Shown: piece after piece, positions 1-13,019 of the stretch
How positions within the stretch are numbered: position 1 is the stretch's first letter
How the letters are laid out: each line of letters opens with the position of its first letter
Source: Hormiphora californensis
Taxonomy: Eukaryota; Animalia; Ctenophora
Direction of reading: 5' to 3'
DNA: 64,000 nucleotides
Assembly (NCBI GenBank): GCA_020137815.1
Contig: CM035358.1
Location: 1 to 64,000, forward strand
Notes under the pieces: model-generated
The model's input: the letters and a program-made list of their open reading frames with translations, nothing else
Databases searched by the model: none
What the model was told of the DNA's origin: nothing
Made by a program: the position numbers and the translations under genes

Positions 1-159
1 TTAACCACTGCCACCGGGCCAGCCGGTAACGGAATCCCACGCCACATTTGGTCGTTCGTAGATGGTTTGCCGCCATCCTTCAGCTTCAGCACGAACCGAC
101 ACTTTCAGCCGTTCGGCCTTCGGGTGTGTATTATTAATATGGGGTTAGCTCCGGGAGGG

Positions 160-1080
160 TTAAAACTATTCCATCTACAGGGACGGGGTTCTTATCTATC
201 CTTCAGGGCCGTGGTAAACTATCCTCTCAAGGAACAGGGTAAACTATCCTCTTGGGGGGGGGGGGGGTATAAAACTTCACTTCAGGAACGGGGCAAAAAC
301 TACTCATCTCCGGAACAGGGCAACTTTCCTCTCATGGAACTGGTAATTCGATCCTCTCTGGAACGGGGTAGAATCTATGCTCTCAGGGGCCGGGGGTACG
401 GTCAACTATTCCTTCAGGAACAGGGTAAACTACCTCTCAGGGAACGGAGGCAAACTATCCTCTCCGGAACGGGCTACTGTTCTCTCGGACTGGGTAATCG
501 ACCCTCGGAACGGGGCTAATATCTCCTCCGAGACGGGGTAATAATTCTTCAGGAAACAGGGTAAACTATCCATCTTGGGGGGGGGGGGGGGGTAATAAAA
601 TATCCTCTCAGGAACGGGGGCCCCCAACATCCTCCGGAACGGGAGCAACTTCCTCTTGGAATGGGTAATCGATCCCCTGGAACGGGGCTAAATCTATCCT
701 TCAGGGCCGGGGTAAACTATTCTCTCAGGAACAGGGTATAAATATCCTCTCAGGACGGGGCAAAACTATCCTCTCCGGAACGGGGCAACTTCCTCTCTGG
801 AACGGGTAATCGATTCCTCTCTGGAACGGGCAAAATCTATCGCTCAGGGACGGGTAAACTATTCTTCAGGAAACAGGGGTAAACTATTCTATTGGGGGGG
901 GGGGGGTTAAACTATTCCTCTCAGGAACGGGGCCAAACTTCTTCTGATGGACGGGGCAAAACGTCCTCTCTGAACTGGGTATAAGTGGATCCTTCTAGAG
1001 CAGGGTACGTCTATCCTCTTGAAACTGGGTAATCGTCTCTTCGGACCGGGATAAGTCATCTCCCCGGAGCGGGGCATCTA
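160..1080. repeat. Degenerate ~23-bp minisatellite (CTATCCTCTCAGGAACGGGGYAAA-like), related to the reverse complement of the minisatellite in the other non-autonomous copies
   Basis: Repeated ctatcctctc.ggaacgggg units; noisy sequence. Confidence 0.7.
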
Positions 1081-1124
1081 CTATATGAAATCTAGTTAGG
1101 GGTTGTCAGGAAAAAATCAGGATT

Positions 1125-1446
1125 GGGTTAGTGGGTTAGTAGTAAAGGGGCATTGGGGATACCCAAGTGGTGGAAGAAGCCTGTTCCACGGGTAACCCTG
1201 AGCGGAGACGGCGGGGTAGGAAACGTAATAGTTGGCGTCGTACACTGTGGCCGCCTAGCCAAGAAGGGTTTTGCGGTTTGATTTTTGATTTTGTTCCGTA
1301 TTATAATACACAGCCACGCTTAGACGGGCCACACGGATCTGGAAATCGAACAGGGGGAAAAGGGGAGGGGAAAAAAGTACTCCGTGTTGACCCGTGTCGC
1401 CGGGGGAACCGATAGGAGGTGTGGTGGGAGGGTGACCAACTCCCCT
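1125..1446 (-). mobile_element. 5' end (HDV-like ribozyme + 5'UTR) of an R4/Dong-family non-autonomous copy, abutting (CT)n
   Basis: Matches 29270-29603 and 57285-57621, with read-type indels. Confidence 0.75.
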
Positions 1447-1489
1447 ATCTCTCTCTCTCTCTTTCCTTCTATCTCTCTCTCTCTCTCTC

Positions 1490-4360
1490 TCTCCCGCTCC
1501 AGAGAGGACAGCCACCGTTCAGGGAGGGACAGCTGAACCCCATTCCAGAGAGACAGCTGACCCCGCTCAGAGAGGACAGCCACCCCGATGCCTCAGGAGA
1601 GACAGCCACCCCTTCCAGAGAGGACAGCCACCCGTTCCAGAGAGGGCAGCCAACCCCGTTCCAGAGAGGGACAGCCACCCCGTTCCAGGAGGGACAGATG
1701 ACCCGTTCCACGAGAGGACAGCTGACCCGCGCTCCCAGAGAGGACAAGCCACCCCGTGCAGAGAGGGATAGCTGACCCACGCTCCAGTAGGGACCAGCCA
1801 CCCCGCCTCCAGAGAGGAACAAGCCAACCCCTTACAGGAGGACGCCACCCAGCTTCAGAGAGGACAGCCTCACCGCTCCCAGGAGAGGACCAGCCAACCT
1901 CGCTCCAGAGAGGCAGCCACCCGTTACGGAGAGGACAGTGACCCGTTTCCAGAGAGGACAGGACCCCGTTCAGAGAGGGACAGGACCCCGTTCCAGGAGG
2001 GACATCCAACCCGCTCCAGAGAGGACAGCACCCAGTTCAAAGAATCATCTCCGGGTTAGAAACCCTATCCGGATCAGAACCAAATGAAAAAATGGGTCAG
2101 TTTAGGGGCCAGGTAGACTAGTAAAAGGACCGGTTAGTGGGTTAGGGATAAAGGGTGGGCGCTTGGAGGTCCACAGGTGCTGATGGTGCCTGTTCCACGG
2201 GAAACCCTGGCGGAGAAGGCGGGGTAGGAACCAAACGTAAGTCGTTGGCGATGATACACTGTGGGCCCGCCCTAGCCAAAGAAGAGTTTTTGGGTTTGGT
2301 ATTTATGATTTGTTTTTTTCGTATTTCTGATAGGCCCATGCGGGAGCAGGGTTAACTCCCCCGGACCGGCATCATTTGGATCTGAGGCCGGAGGCCTGCG
2401 GATAGGAGTAAGGTAGGGTAGTGTAGAAAATTGTACATCGGGAACATTAACAATGTACATGGGTTAGAAAGGGGATGATATAAAAAGGGGGGGAAAGTAA
2501 GTGGGATTAAAGCTCTGGTGACGGAGCAAGAACTCCTAAACTATTGCAAAGGAAGCCCAATATGCTACAATGAATTCTAAGTAAGAGAACAACTTATCAG
2601 GAAAGTGAAGAAGCAAACGTTCTGAGAATCTAAGGCAGCCTAAAACAAGCAGGAAACGGGTTCGAGCGAAAAAAAATTAATAAATAATACAAATGGATGA
2701 TGATGACCTGTGTAGCCACAGAGAGGACAGCCAGCACCGTCCAGAGAAGCCAGCTGACCCCGCTTCCAGAGAAGACAGCCGACCCCGCCTCAGAGAGCCA
2801 GTGACCCGCTCCAGAGAAGCCCAGCTGACCCCGTTCCAGAAAAGCCAGCTGCCCACGTTCAGAGAGCCAGCTTGACCCGTTTCGAAAGAAGAAGACAGCC
2901 ACCCCCGTTCCCAAAAGAGAAGACAGATGACCCCGTTCCACAGTAAGGACAGCTGGACCCCGTTCCATAAAGACAGCTGACCCCGTTCCAGTAAAGACAG
3001 CTGACCACCGTTCAAGAGGGACCGCCACCCGCGCTCAGAGAAGCCAGTACCCCGTTCCAGTAAGGACAGCTGACCCCGCTCCAGTAAAGACAGCATGGAC
3101 CCAGTTCCATAAGAGAAGCGCCCCGCTCCAGAGAGGACCAGGCCACCCGCTCCAGAGAGGGCAGACAGCTGATCACCCAGCCACAGTAAGACAGATTTGA
3201 CCCCCGTTCCAGTTAAAAGAAGCTGTATACTCCGCTCCAGAGAGGACAGTCACCCGTTACCAGAGAGGACAGCTGACCCCGTTCCGTAAGGACAGCGAAC
3301 ACCCGCTCCAGTAAGACAAGCTGACCCCGTTCCAGTAAAGAACGCTGACCCCGCTCCAGAGAGGACAGCCACCAGCTCACGATGAGGGACAGCTGACCCC
3401 GCCACATAAGAAGATGACCCCGTTCAAGTAAAGATCGAGGATCCGCTCCAGAGAGGAGACAGTCACCCGTCCAGAGAGGACAGCTGACCACCGCTCCTAC
3501 GTAAGGACAATGCTGAACCCCGTTCCAGAGAGGCAGCCCCCCGCTCCAGTGAGGACAGCCACCCCGCTCCCAGAGAGGACAGACACCCCGTTCAGTAAGG
3601 ACAGCCACCCAGCTGCCAGTAAGGCAGTCCCCCCACGTTCCACGTAAGGAGCCCCCACCGTTCCAGTACAGGCAGCCACCCGATCAAGAATCATCCCAAA
3701 GGGGTTAGAACCTATCACAATAATGGAAGGGGGAAGTGGGTTAGGGGGGTAGTAGAAACAAAAACAGTATGGTAGTGTGGGTTAGTGGATAAACGGGGCG
3801 TTGCGGGCGTACCACAGTTGGCTGGAAGATGCTATGTTCCCATGTAACCTTGAGCCGGAAGAAGGCGGGGGTAGGAACGTAGTAGGTTGCGTCGTATGCT
3901 CATCTTTATCGGAGCGTTGTAGTCTCAACGTTCGAGTCGTCGGCAGCGGGTGGATCTGAAAGAGCTAACGCGGTGGGCGATGCTAACAATATGAACTTTC
4001 CACTGCGATCTAGTACATCGCGCGGCGCAGTAATTGCACTAATTGTTAGCTTTGTTCGCCCGGGTTTGTACAGTCTGCGAGCCGAAGGGAGTGTTGAGAT
4101 GAACACGTTCCGAAAAATGAAGGATAGATACACTGTGGGCCGCCGCCGGCAAGAAGATGGTTTTTGTATTTTGTTATTTTCTGATTTTTGTTCCGTATTT
4201 TCTGATAACAGCCACGCATCAAGCCGCGGCCACAAGGACAGGATGGAAAAATCGAACAGGGGGAAAAGGCAGGAGACTGGGGAAAAAAGGTAAGCACGGG
4301 TGTGAACCGTGTGTCGGGGGAAACAGATGGAGGTGGTGGGCAGGAGGAAACCAAACTCCC
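1490..4360 (-). mobile_element. Two noisy head-to-tail non-autonomous R4/Dong derivatives (minisatellite, 5'UTR, 3'UTR, minisatellite, 5'UTR/ribozyme)
   Basis: Collinear with 56700-59083; indel-rich. Confidence 0.7.
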
Positions 4361-5178
4361 GCTCTCTCTCGCTGTATGGAGGCTAGCACTTCGATCTCCT
4401 GCGCTCGTAGTCGATCTAGGAGCCTCTCTCTCCATCTACTCTCTCTCACTCTGATGCTTCTCATTATCTTATCTCTCTCTCTCTCTATTCCTCATATCTC
4501 TATATCTCTCTCTCTCTCTCTGTCTCTCTGCTATCTCTCCTCCAACTCTTCTAAATCGTTGGTTCGGGGGATCCAAGATCCTTCCTATCTTAGGGTAGGG
4601 GGGATCAATCCCTTCCAATGTGATCCGATCCGGAGGTAGACCGGTCTCCAAAGGAATGTGTGTGACATGTGATCCAAATGAACGGATCGTGCATAAATTC
4701 AGTAAAATTATAATCTGACGTGATCAACTGCTATAGCCCAACTGTTCATTTGAGATTCTGTTACAAAGATATTATGGCAGTACTGCTGGATCTGAGGTGG
4801 TAAACTCCAACCCAGTTCATCCTCCTTGTTAACATGGGAGTTACCAAGGGAATCCACTGAGTTCGTTAATCTGTCGTAAAGGCTTGTCATGTGTGGGGTG
4901 TGTGTGTGTATGAAGGTGGGTGGGTGATAGCACAGACAGTTCATGCAATTAATTACATTACCTAAATTCAGTAAGATAGTATATAAAATCAAACTACAGG
5001 CTATTAGTCGAACTCTTCTCTCCTCAAAAAATACATCCCCTGCTACCTGGATTGGTTTGTCGCTGTTGTGCGGTTGATGTGATAAAACCTAAATATTGTA
5101 TTAGAAAGTCAGGGGCGGGAGAAAATTAGAACCCCACACGCCAGAAAACTTAGATAATAATATTATACTCGAGAGGTA

Positions 5179-5259
5179 CTGATGATGGTGCCTCCTGTGG
5201 GGCACCAATGAAACAATGTGTATAGACCTTAAAAACTGCTGTTCTGTTTGTTAAATTTG
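5179..5259 (+). mobile_element. 81-bp insertion carrying a hammerhead-like core (probable 5'-truncated Penelope pLTR), 13-bp target duplication TACTCGAGAGGTA
   Basis: CTGATGA-TGGTGCC..GGCACCA-GAAAC; duplication at 5166-5178 and 5260-5272; empty site at about 39552-39564. Confidence 0.6.
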
Positions 5260-5669
5260 TACTCGAGAGGTAATAATAGAGTACATAATTACCTGTCCTT
5301 ATAGGTTGAATTTGTATAGGTACAGTTGACCCCGATTTACCGGAACCCCGCTTGTACCGGGAGGATTAACTTCCCCGATATATAGGAAAAATATCAGTAT
5401 TTCACTGCGATCTTAAAAAAAAGGAAAAAAGAAGGAGAAGGGTGTTCAGGGTTTCACCCGAGCATGAACCGGTAAATCGGGGTCCGACTGTATTACTATA
5501 CAGTGATAGTTAAACGACATGACCGCTGCGCATTCAAAAGGTTGGTCGCACCGAGTGTATTTCGTGGGAATATCGAGACTTGAACCCGAAGCGATGGAAA
5601 GATATCTGAATAATGAGTTCAGAGACGAAAATTGAAATAGGAAAGAAAATCGAAAAATACTGGGTTGAC

Positions 5670-8285
5670 CAGGAATGAACCAGGGACCTCCAGCAGAGAC
5701 ATGCTCGGAGCTATAAGTTGAGAACATGAACACTGGCTGCCAGACCAAACCAAAGAACCGAGACAAACCCAGCACAACCAACCCCAACCAAACACCAGAC
5801 AACCTCCCCAAACTCCAAACCTCCACCCAACCTCCCAAACCTCCAACAACCTCCAACTCACACAAACCTCCACAAACCTCCAAACACTAAAAGCAACCTA
5901 AACACACCTAACTCCGCCAACACCAATTGAGATCCGGAACAGCGGAAAGACTGAGACTTAAGATGGTAAAGTGGACACTCGCCAGAAACCGAGACTCAGA
6001 GCGAACTCATCAGCCGAAACTGACACCGTTCGGGGCTTTCATTCGGTACGGGTACACAACGGTACTAAGTCAGGCGCCCCGGCAATCTCGTAATCGTGAG
6101 ACACCGTTACGATCTCTACACCAGTTGCCCGGGACATGAATGTGTCGACTGGGAGTCCATCACTGCTCCCCACTTGACAGGTTTTGACTTAAAGGAGTAC
6201 ACCCGTCCAAACACACACTCCACTGCGGAGGGCGTAGTCTCAACCAACTGCACTGCCTCACTCCTCCACTTTCATGTACCCACTCCCTTCTTCGCGAGAT
6301 GGAAGTAGATCCACATGGAAACCAGTGAGAAGCCTCTTCCACGTATCCTTAGCCAGCTTCCTAAGACCCTCCTCTAAACCCAAGACGAGAAGCTGCTCTA
6401 ACCAGACATCGCCCTGCCCCGATCCCCCAACCATTACCACCATATATAAACACCTCCACCTCATTATACTCACACAATCCCTCTCAAGGTCCTGTGTACC
6501 GTTCAATCTGAGGTATGGGCATCCCCTATTCTCCTTCTGCGGGCAAAGGAGCTCCCACCAGTCATCGTCTTTTACCTCTCGGAGAAGGCAACAAGATCAG
6601 GCCTTAACCTGGTCTGGCTTTTTTGATCTCCAGCCGGGAGCTCCGCCGGGAGCTGACGTCTCGATGTCAGAGGGACAACCCAGTCCTTGAGCACTGACAG
6701 GATCCCACACCCATAACCTTTTTCCCCTTCTTTCCCATTCTTACCCCTCTGCAAGAACTCAGACCCGGGACCCTCTGTGGACCCGATTGCAGCGTTATGC
6801 ACGGACTCGCAGTGAAGTCACTTTACCGCTCGCCTATCTGCCGGGGACCTGTTCATGCAGCCACCGGTATCTCACACTGACCCAGAGCCACATTAGCAGC
6901 CGGTAGGATTATGCGCGAACACTCCTGGAGCATCACCACACAGTTGCACAGACCGTCTTCCCCTTCCTTCCACTCTTTGAAGCGAGGCACGACAAGGGTT
7001 CCATATACTGCTCTTAGGATATAAAGCCAACCATTCCCTCCTTCATGTGAATAGGCTTCTCCGTTAACTCCATCGAGGACCACATCCTCCCTCAAGCTAA
7101 CCACACCCCTGCAACCTCTAACTGCATGGTCTCTACAGTCCTCACATGGTCTAACCTCTCCGAACTCGTCAATCACAACACCTCATCCTCTCGGTCCCTA
7201 GGATATGGAGGAATCATGACCGGGACTGTATTACACGAAAATCAATAACTGCCTCCCTCTAATCTTCCCTGCGCTTACACCTTCCTACCAGACTGACAAG
7301 AGGCTGACGCGAGCTAGATAACTTACATCCTGTGAAGAAACTGTAAGTCTGCTGGCAGTCTACTGCCACTTCTCACTTTCCAGGTGTCAAGGAGGTGTTC
7401 AACGGAGCCGTAACAGAAGACTCCGAGTGAACAGACAAGTCTGCTAAGAGGTGCTACCCACCAACCATTCGCAGGAAACTGTTACTGACTGTTCCAAGGC
7501 CTGCTTACGGTAGTCAACGGGGTGGTCGTAGATTGCCAGAGGCCACTTCATCTTAGGCAGAACAAGGCTACTGGTAACAGACCAGCCACTATCCAAACCG
7601 AATAAGACTCTCGTCCAACCGTACCCATCACCAACATCAGCTGGGCGAGCTGTTTCTCGATGGCGACGGTGTCCTTACATCAGCCCCGAATCCACGGACC
7701 AAGGAAATTATCGGCTTCTCAGTAACGTGCGGGATAGTCTCACCCCCAAACGACAAACTCACCGACTTACACCTTACCTCCTCAACACCCAGGGCCGAGA
7801 CTTAGAGACTTAACAGTACAGTTAATTCGCCCACTCCACAAACTCTCCAAACAACCGACAACCATAACTTGAATTGTCACTATGTGTGGCAGTGACGAGG
7901 GCAAACTGTCACACAGACAGGCTTCAAAGGAGGGACACGGTGTGCCTATCTTCAACGTAGGCACAACCACTTGAAACGCGTATCTTGTGATGGCCAGATA
8001 TCCGATTACCATGTTCATACACAGTACAAACAAAATAACGGGAGACACACCCCGAATATTCCGACCTCGAAATGTTGCCAGTTCGATGTACCTCCCTTGA
8101 AGAAACCTACCGAAGGACTCCAGAAAAGTAACTCAGGACTATTTCACGATCGCTGTGGGAATCGAAGAACCGGAGAGCTTACCACGTAACCATTCCATTC
8201 TCTACCACAAACTCTGTAAGCGCCTGCAAGTGTCCTAGGTAGAATCTTTCCTGGACGTTACCGGAAATCGGTCTACAAGTGGCCG
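5670..8285 (-). pseudogene. Noisy copy of the HERO-like retrotransposon fragment at 40930-43777
   Basis: Collinear with 40930-43777; translated pieces such as ILRAVYGTLVVP and SPVILFVLCMN. Confidence 0.8.
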
Positions 8286-9247
8286 GTCAAACCCAGTATT
8301 TTTCGATTTCTTCCATTTAATTCTTGTCGAAATCATTATTTCAGAATACTATTAATCTCTCCTTACCGAGTTTCCGCCCGTGAGTTGAGCTTCCCCATTA
8401 AACGTTGTACAGAGGCGTTGTGTGTGTGTTTGATCACACAGGAGATATCAAAATTACTTCCCAAGGGAAAGATTAATTTCAAGACTCTCAAGAACCAACA
8501 AATCAATTGTTTTCTTCAGGAAACTGGAGATATAACGACGGAAAAGGAATTCTCGAAATTGTACACACGCAAATACAAACGCCATTGCGAAATCCTTTAA
8601 TGGCGGGGACGGCACTGTCGCTTATAATTAAAAATTGGACTTATATTCCGCCGATGATCCGTCCAGGGGCAGAGATCAAAATATTACCTACTACCACTGA
8701 CGGAGAAATAAAAGCGGGATACAAAGTTAGAAAAAACACTCTCTTCGAAGATGTTGGAAAAAATCGTTGAAAACATACACTTGGAAAGATGTTATGGTAC
8801 TTTGTCTGGAATTTAGAGATGGATTCCTGTGTAATTCTCCTTCGGGAGTGTACACATAATGGTGTTTAATACCACAAAGAAGATGTGGCAAGTGTGGTCA
8901 AGTATAGTAACTTCACCTTCTCTCCCCCAGATGAACGCATAGATTTACGAGACACTCCAAATGCTCCAACAAATTGTTTTCGTGGCGGGCCACACCATCA
9001 ACTTCCGATCTATAGAAACAGTAATAAGTAAATTAGAAGATTGCAAATGAGATTAATCGAAGGCCCACATGCCAATTGTTGACCTAGCTCGACCATTTTC
9101 ACGAGCTTTGAACAAAACAACCCCTAATGCGGATAAACCTTAATATCCACGCTCGCTAAGAGTGAGGATACTGAAGCGCCGACATCGAATGATTGAGGAG
9201 AGTCAGGAGACCAGAACCAAGTATCAAATAACTACTAAATATATATA

Positions 9248-11744
9248 CAGTCGGACCCCGATTTAGTGGGATCTCTGGGTGGAAAAGAAATCCTGACTAA
9301 CGGGGTGCCACTAAATCGGGGTGAGCCATATTGAGCCCAATAAAAACCTATTTCATTACCCAAAATGCTATTATTACTAAGACTAAAGAACCTCAACGTG
9401 TACATGCAATTCATGTATTAATGATCATTTCTGATTAGAAATAAAGACAAACATCAAATAAATTTTCAAAAAAAATTGTGAAAAAAATTTTTAAGTTAAT
9501 ACAGCCCGTCCGATTTGTGTTTCGATGAATCAGTGTACGCTTCCATGGATTGCTTTCTACATTAGCGGGTTCGAAACGAACCGATACTGTGATACCAGAC
9601 AAATCGGGTGGGCACCACTAGCGGTGAAGGAAGTATCAAAATTTCAAAATAACTTTTCTCTCAAAATTTAGTGGAGAGCACCGATCAAGCATGAACAATC
9701 GTACTGTAAAATTTTGCAAAAAAAAAGTTGTAAAATTTTTTTAAGGCTTATACCAAGCCGCGTCCGAATCGTTTTTCGAATCGGTGACATCTATCGCAGT
9801 CCTGCTGCTAAATTAGGACGGTTCGTAACGAATTCGAAAGTGATCTCCCCATCAACCGAAATTTTGAGCTTGCGTGAACTTATGATTCATGGCCCATGGG
9901 ATCAGAACGCGGTTCGTTCCGAACCGTCTACTTATTAGCAGCAGGACAGGCGATAGATTCACTGATTCGAAAAACCGATTCGGGGTGGCTGTTATTTCCT
10001 TTGAAAAATTTTCAAAAAAATTTCACGAAAAAACAAGAATATTGCATGTATGGATCCCATAATGCTACGTTCTCCCTGCCCTCTTCGATTTGCCATTCAA
10101 CTCGCCCAACGAGTAAGCTGTCCGCAAAATGGGGATTGAGGTTTTTCGAATTTGAACAAAACGCAATTTCTCCATTTCCGAAAGCTGGAGAAATTGAAAA
10201 TTTTTCCCAATGAAAACACGCGGCCGATATAAAACAAATTTGCGCGCGTACAGTTTATAGCCCACGCCCCTCATAAAAATTTCAATTTTTGCGTGCGCGC
10301 ACATTTTACTCCGCAAGTGTCAGATCGTGCGCGCCACGGGGTTTGCCCCGCAACGAAAGTGATGACCAAAATGGTCCACTACCGATTAGGAGTATACCAA
10401 AATGTCGTTTTACAGAATTCTAAACCTGGCTATTGCCTTTTTACAAAGTAAAAAGGCATCCGGGTGAATGCACTTCGGCAATTCACCCGGGCAGGGAAAA
10501 AAATCAAAAAATTTTTGGGGGAAAAAAATCCGCCACTACAAACGGGGTGGGTTGCCACGAAATACGGGGGCCACTAAATCGGGGTCCGACTGTTATTATA
10601 TATATTATATATATATATATTATATATATGATATATATATATATAGTCGGACCCCGGTTTAGTATTTTTAAGGGACCACCCTCGGGGACAGGCTCTTGTC
10701 CACTAAATCGGGTGTCACTAAATCGGGGTCAAATAAGGTTAATTTCCTATATCGGGGGAAAAAATCCTGTCCCTAAATCGGGGTGCCATAAATCGGGGGG
10801 CCTAAATCGGGGGTCCGACTGTATATATATATATATATATTATATATAGATATATATATACATAATATATAATATATATATATATATATTATATATATAT
10901 ATATATATACGTCGGACCCCGATTTAGTGGCATCCTCGGGGGGAAAAAATCCTGCCACTAAATCGGGGTGCCACTAAATCGGGTTGAGCCATATTTGGCC
11001 CATAAAAACCTATTTTATTCCCAATATGCTATACTAAGACTAAAGACACCTCTAACTGTTATATGCAATGTTCATGTATTGATGACATGATCATTTCTGA
11101 TTAGAAAAAGAAAACTATAAAAAAATTTTTCAAAATTGTAAAAATTCTCTAAGTTAAGGCCCGTCCGATTTTGTTGCGAAATCGGTTGCAAAGCTACTGG
11201 ATGTCCTCCTGCTGCTAATTTAGACGGTTTCGAACGATCCGATACGTGATACCATGCCGAATGGGGCACCCTAGCGGGTGAGGATATATAAATTTCAAAT
11301 AACTTTTTCTCTCAAAATTATGTGGGAGCACCGATCAAAGCATTGACAATCGTATTGAAAATTTGCAAAAAAAAGTTTTAAAATTTTTAAAGGTATACCA
11401 GCCAGTACGAATCATGTATCGAATCGGTGCACTTATCGCATTCCGCGCTGCAATCGACGGTGGAACGAAACCGATACGTGATCCCAATGGGGCCATGAAT
11501 TCACAAGTTACCCAAGCGTCATAATTTCGATGGGGATCACGTTCGGTTCGTTCCGAACCGTCTAATTAGCAGCAGTGCAGGACATGCGATAAGATGCACC
11601 GATTCGAAACACGATTCGGACGTGGCTGGTATTCCCTGAAATTTTCAAAAAAATTCACAAAAAATTTTTGGGGGAAAAAAAATCCTGCCACTAAATCGGG
11701 GTGGTGCCACTAAATAGGGGGCCACTAAATCGGGGTCACGACTG
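9248..11744. mobile_element. Three MITEs with CAGTCGGACCCCGATTTAGTGG termini in a (TA)n tract (9248-10592, 10645-10821, 10910-11744), Tc1/mariner-like
   Basis: Terminal inverted repeats with TA flanks; same termini as 39616-39757 and about 5322-5488. Confidence 0.75.
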
Positions 11745-11750
11745 TATAAT

Positions 11751-11785
<35 letters not shown>

Positions 11786-11796
11786 ATATATATATG

Positions 11797-12690
11797 AGAA
11801 TTAAAGGACGGTGGTTACTCTACTAGTTTCAACAAATCAATTGTATCATCAGGGAAAGTTGCACTGGGGGGAATTTTGAACTTAGTGTCTAAATTCGAGG
11901 CACATATTCTGATATTTTTGGAGACTTGGAGCTTTCCATTCTCGACATATGTTGATGTGGGAGCGATGGAGATTCATTTCGTTCACTGAGGTTCTCCCTG
12001 TTTCCCCATAGATTCTCTACATCCGTACAGGCTATCAGGTTAAATCAGGTCTTTGCTTTGCAGTTCATCGTGTGGTTTTCTGGTGAGTACAGTTCCATTT
12101 TGGGTAGTGAAGGTTCCCCTCGAATACTAGTGGGGCAGTGTTTTGCAAACGTTTATCCTCACATCGGGTGAATGGTGGCCCCTGTTTTATTTTGTTATGT
12201 ATTGGTCCCCTTCTTGGAGAGTGAGAGGATTCGACGAAGGTTTGGGGCTGTCTGCGTGCGGAATTATCTTTGTGGCATGTTCGCAGTGGTATGTTTGAGG
12301 TTCACACGCCTGTTTTAGACGTATGGCTGGGTCTACTATAGTAGGGTTTAGGTACTGGTAAGATTATCTGGTCTCTTGGAGTGATTCTTTTTCTTTTGTT
12401 TGGAGCAGTGTTTTTCTTTCCAGTGACCCAGCTTTGTTGATAGCATCACCCAATTAGTTTTTCTGGGTATCCTCGGCGTTGGAGTTTGGGGCGGAGTTCA
12501 GCGAGTCTTTTGGCCTTAGTCATTGCGATACGATCGTGGCGATTGAAGAAACAGGGAGAACCCAGTGAACGAAGAATCTCCACCGCTCCCACATCAACAA
12601 TATCGAGAATGTGAAAGCTCCAAAGTCTCCCAAACATATCAGAAATATGTGCCTCGAATTTAGACACTAAGTTTCAAAAATTTCCCCATT
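11797..12690 (-). mobile_element. 5'-truncated Penelope-like element with inverted terminal segment
   Basis: RLAELRPKLQRRGYPEKLI resembles the PLE RT C-terminal RGYP motif; degraded Cys cluster near 12130-12165; 12550-12690 is an inverted copy of 11868-12005; hammerhead at the 3' end. Confidence 0.7.
11818..11855 (-). ncRNA. Minimal type-I hammerhead ribozyme (same family as 44948-44985)
   Basis: Minus strand TCC CTGATGA T ACAA TTGAT TTGT T GAAA CTAG TA; 3' strand of stem I is imperfect here. Confidence 0.7.
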
Positions 12691-12840
12691 TTTAAGTGTG
12701 ATCAAGGATCACCCATCACCGAGAGGTGGTCGAACAAGAAATTTAGAGAGTTGTCCGACCGTGGTCTCCTGATGGGAGGGTTGGGTGAAACCACTCTAGC
12801 GCCCAGCACTGTACCAGGGAAGCCAAACGGGTGCAGTGCA

Positions 12841-12881
12841 ACACCTAGAGGATTCAGATTGACTGATGAAACTAGTTGTGT
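12841..12881 (+). ncRNA. Minimal hammerhead-like motif with one extra A in the core
   Basis: ACAC CT(a)GAGGA T TCAG ATTGA CTGA T GAAA CTAG TT GTGT. Confidence 0.55.
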
Positions 12882-13019
12882 GGTTATTAACCCCTCGTCT
12901 TATTTTCACATATATATATAAATATATATGATATATATATATATATTTATTATTATGTATGCCTTTTTGCAAAAAACGCATGGCAGGTGAGAAGAGCCCG
13001 ACGGTTAAGGGACCTTTAA

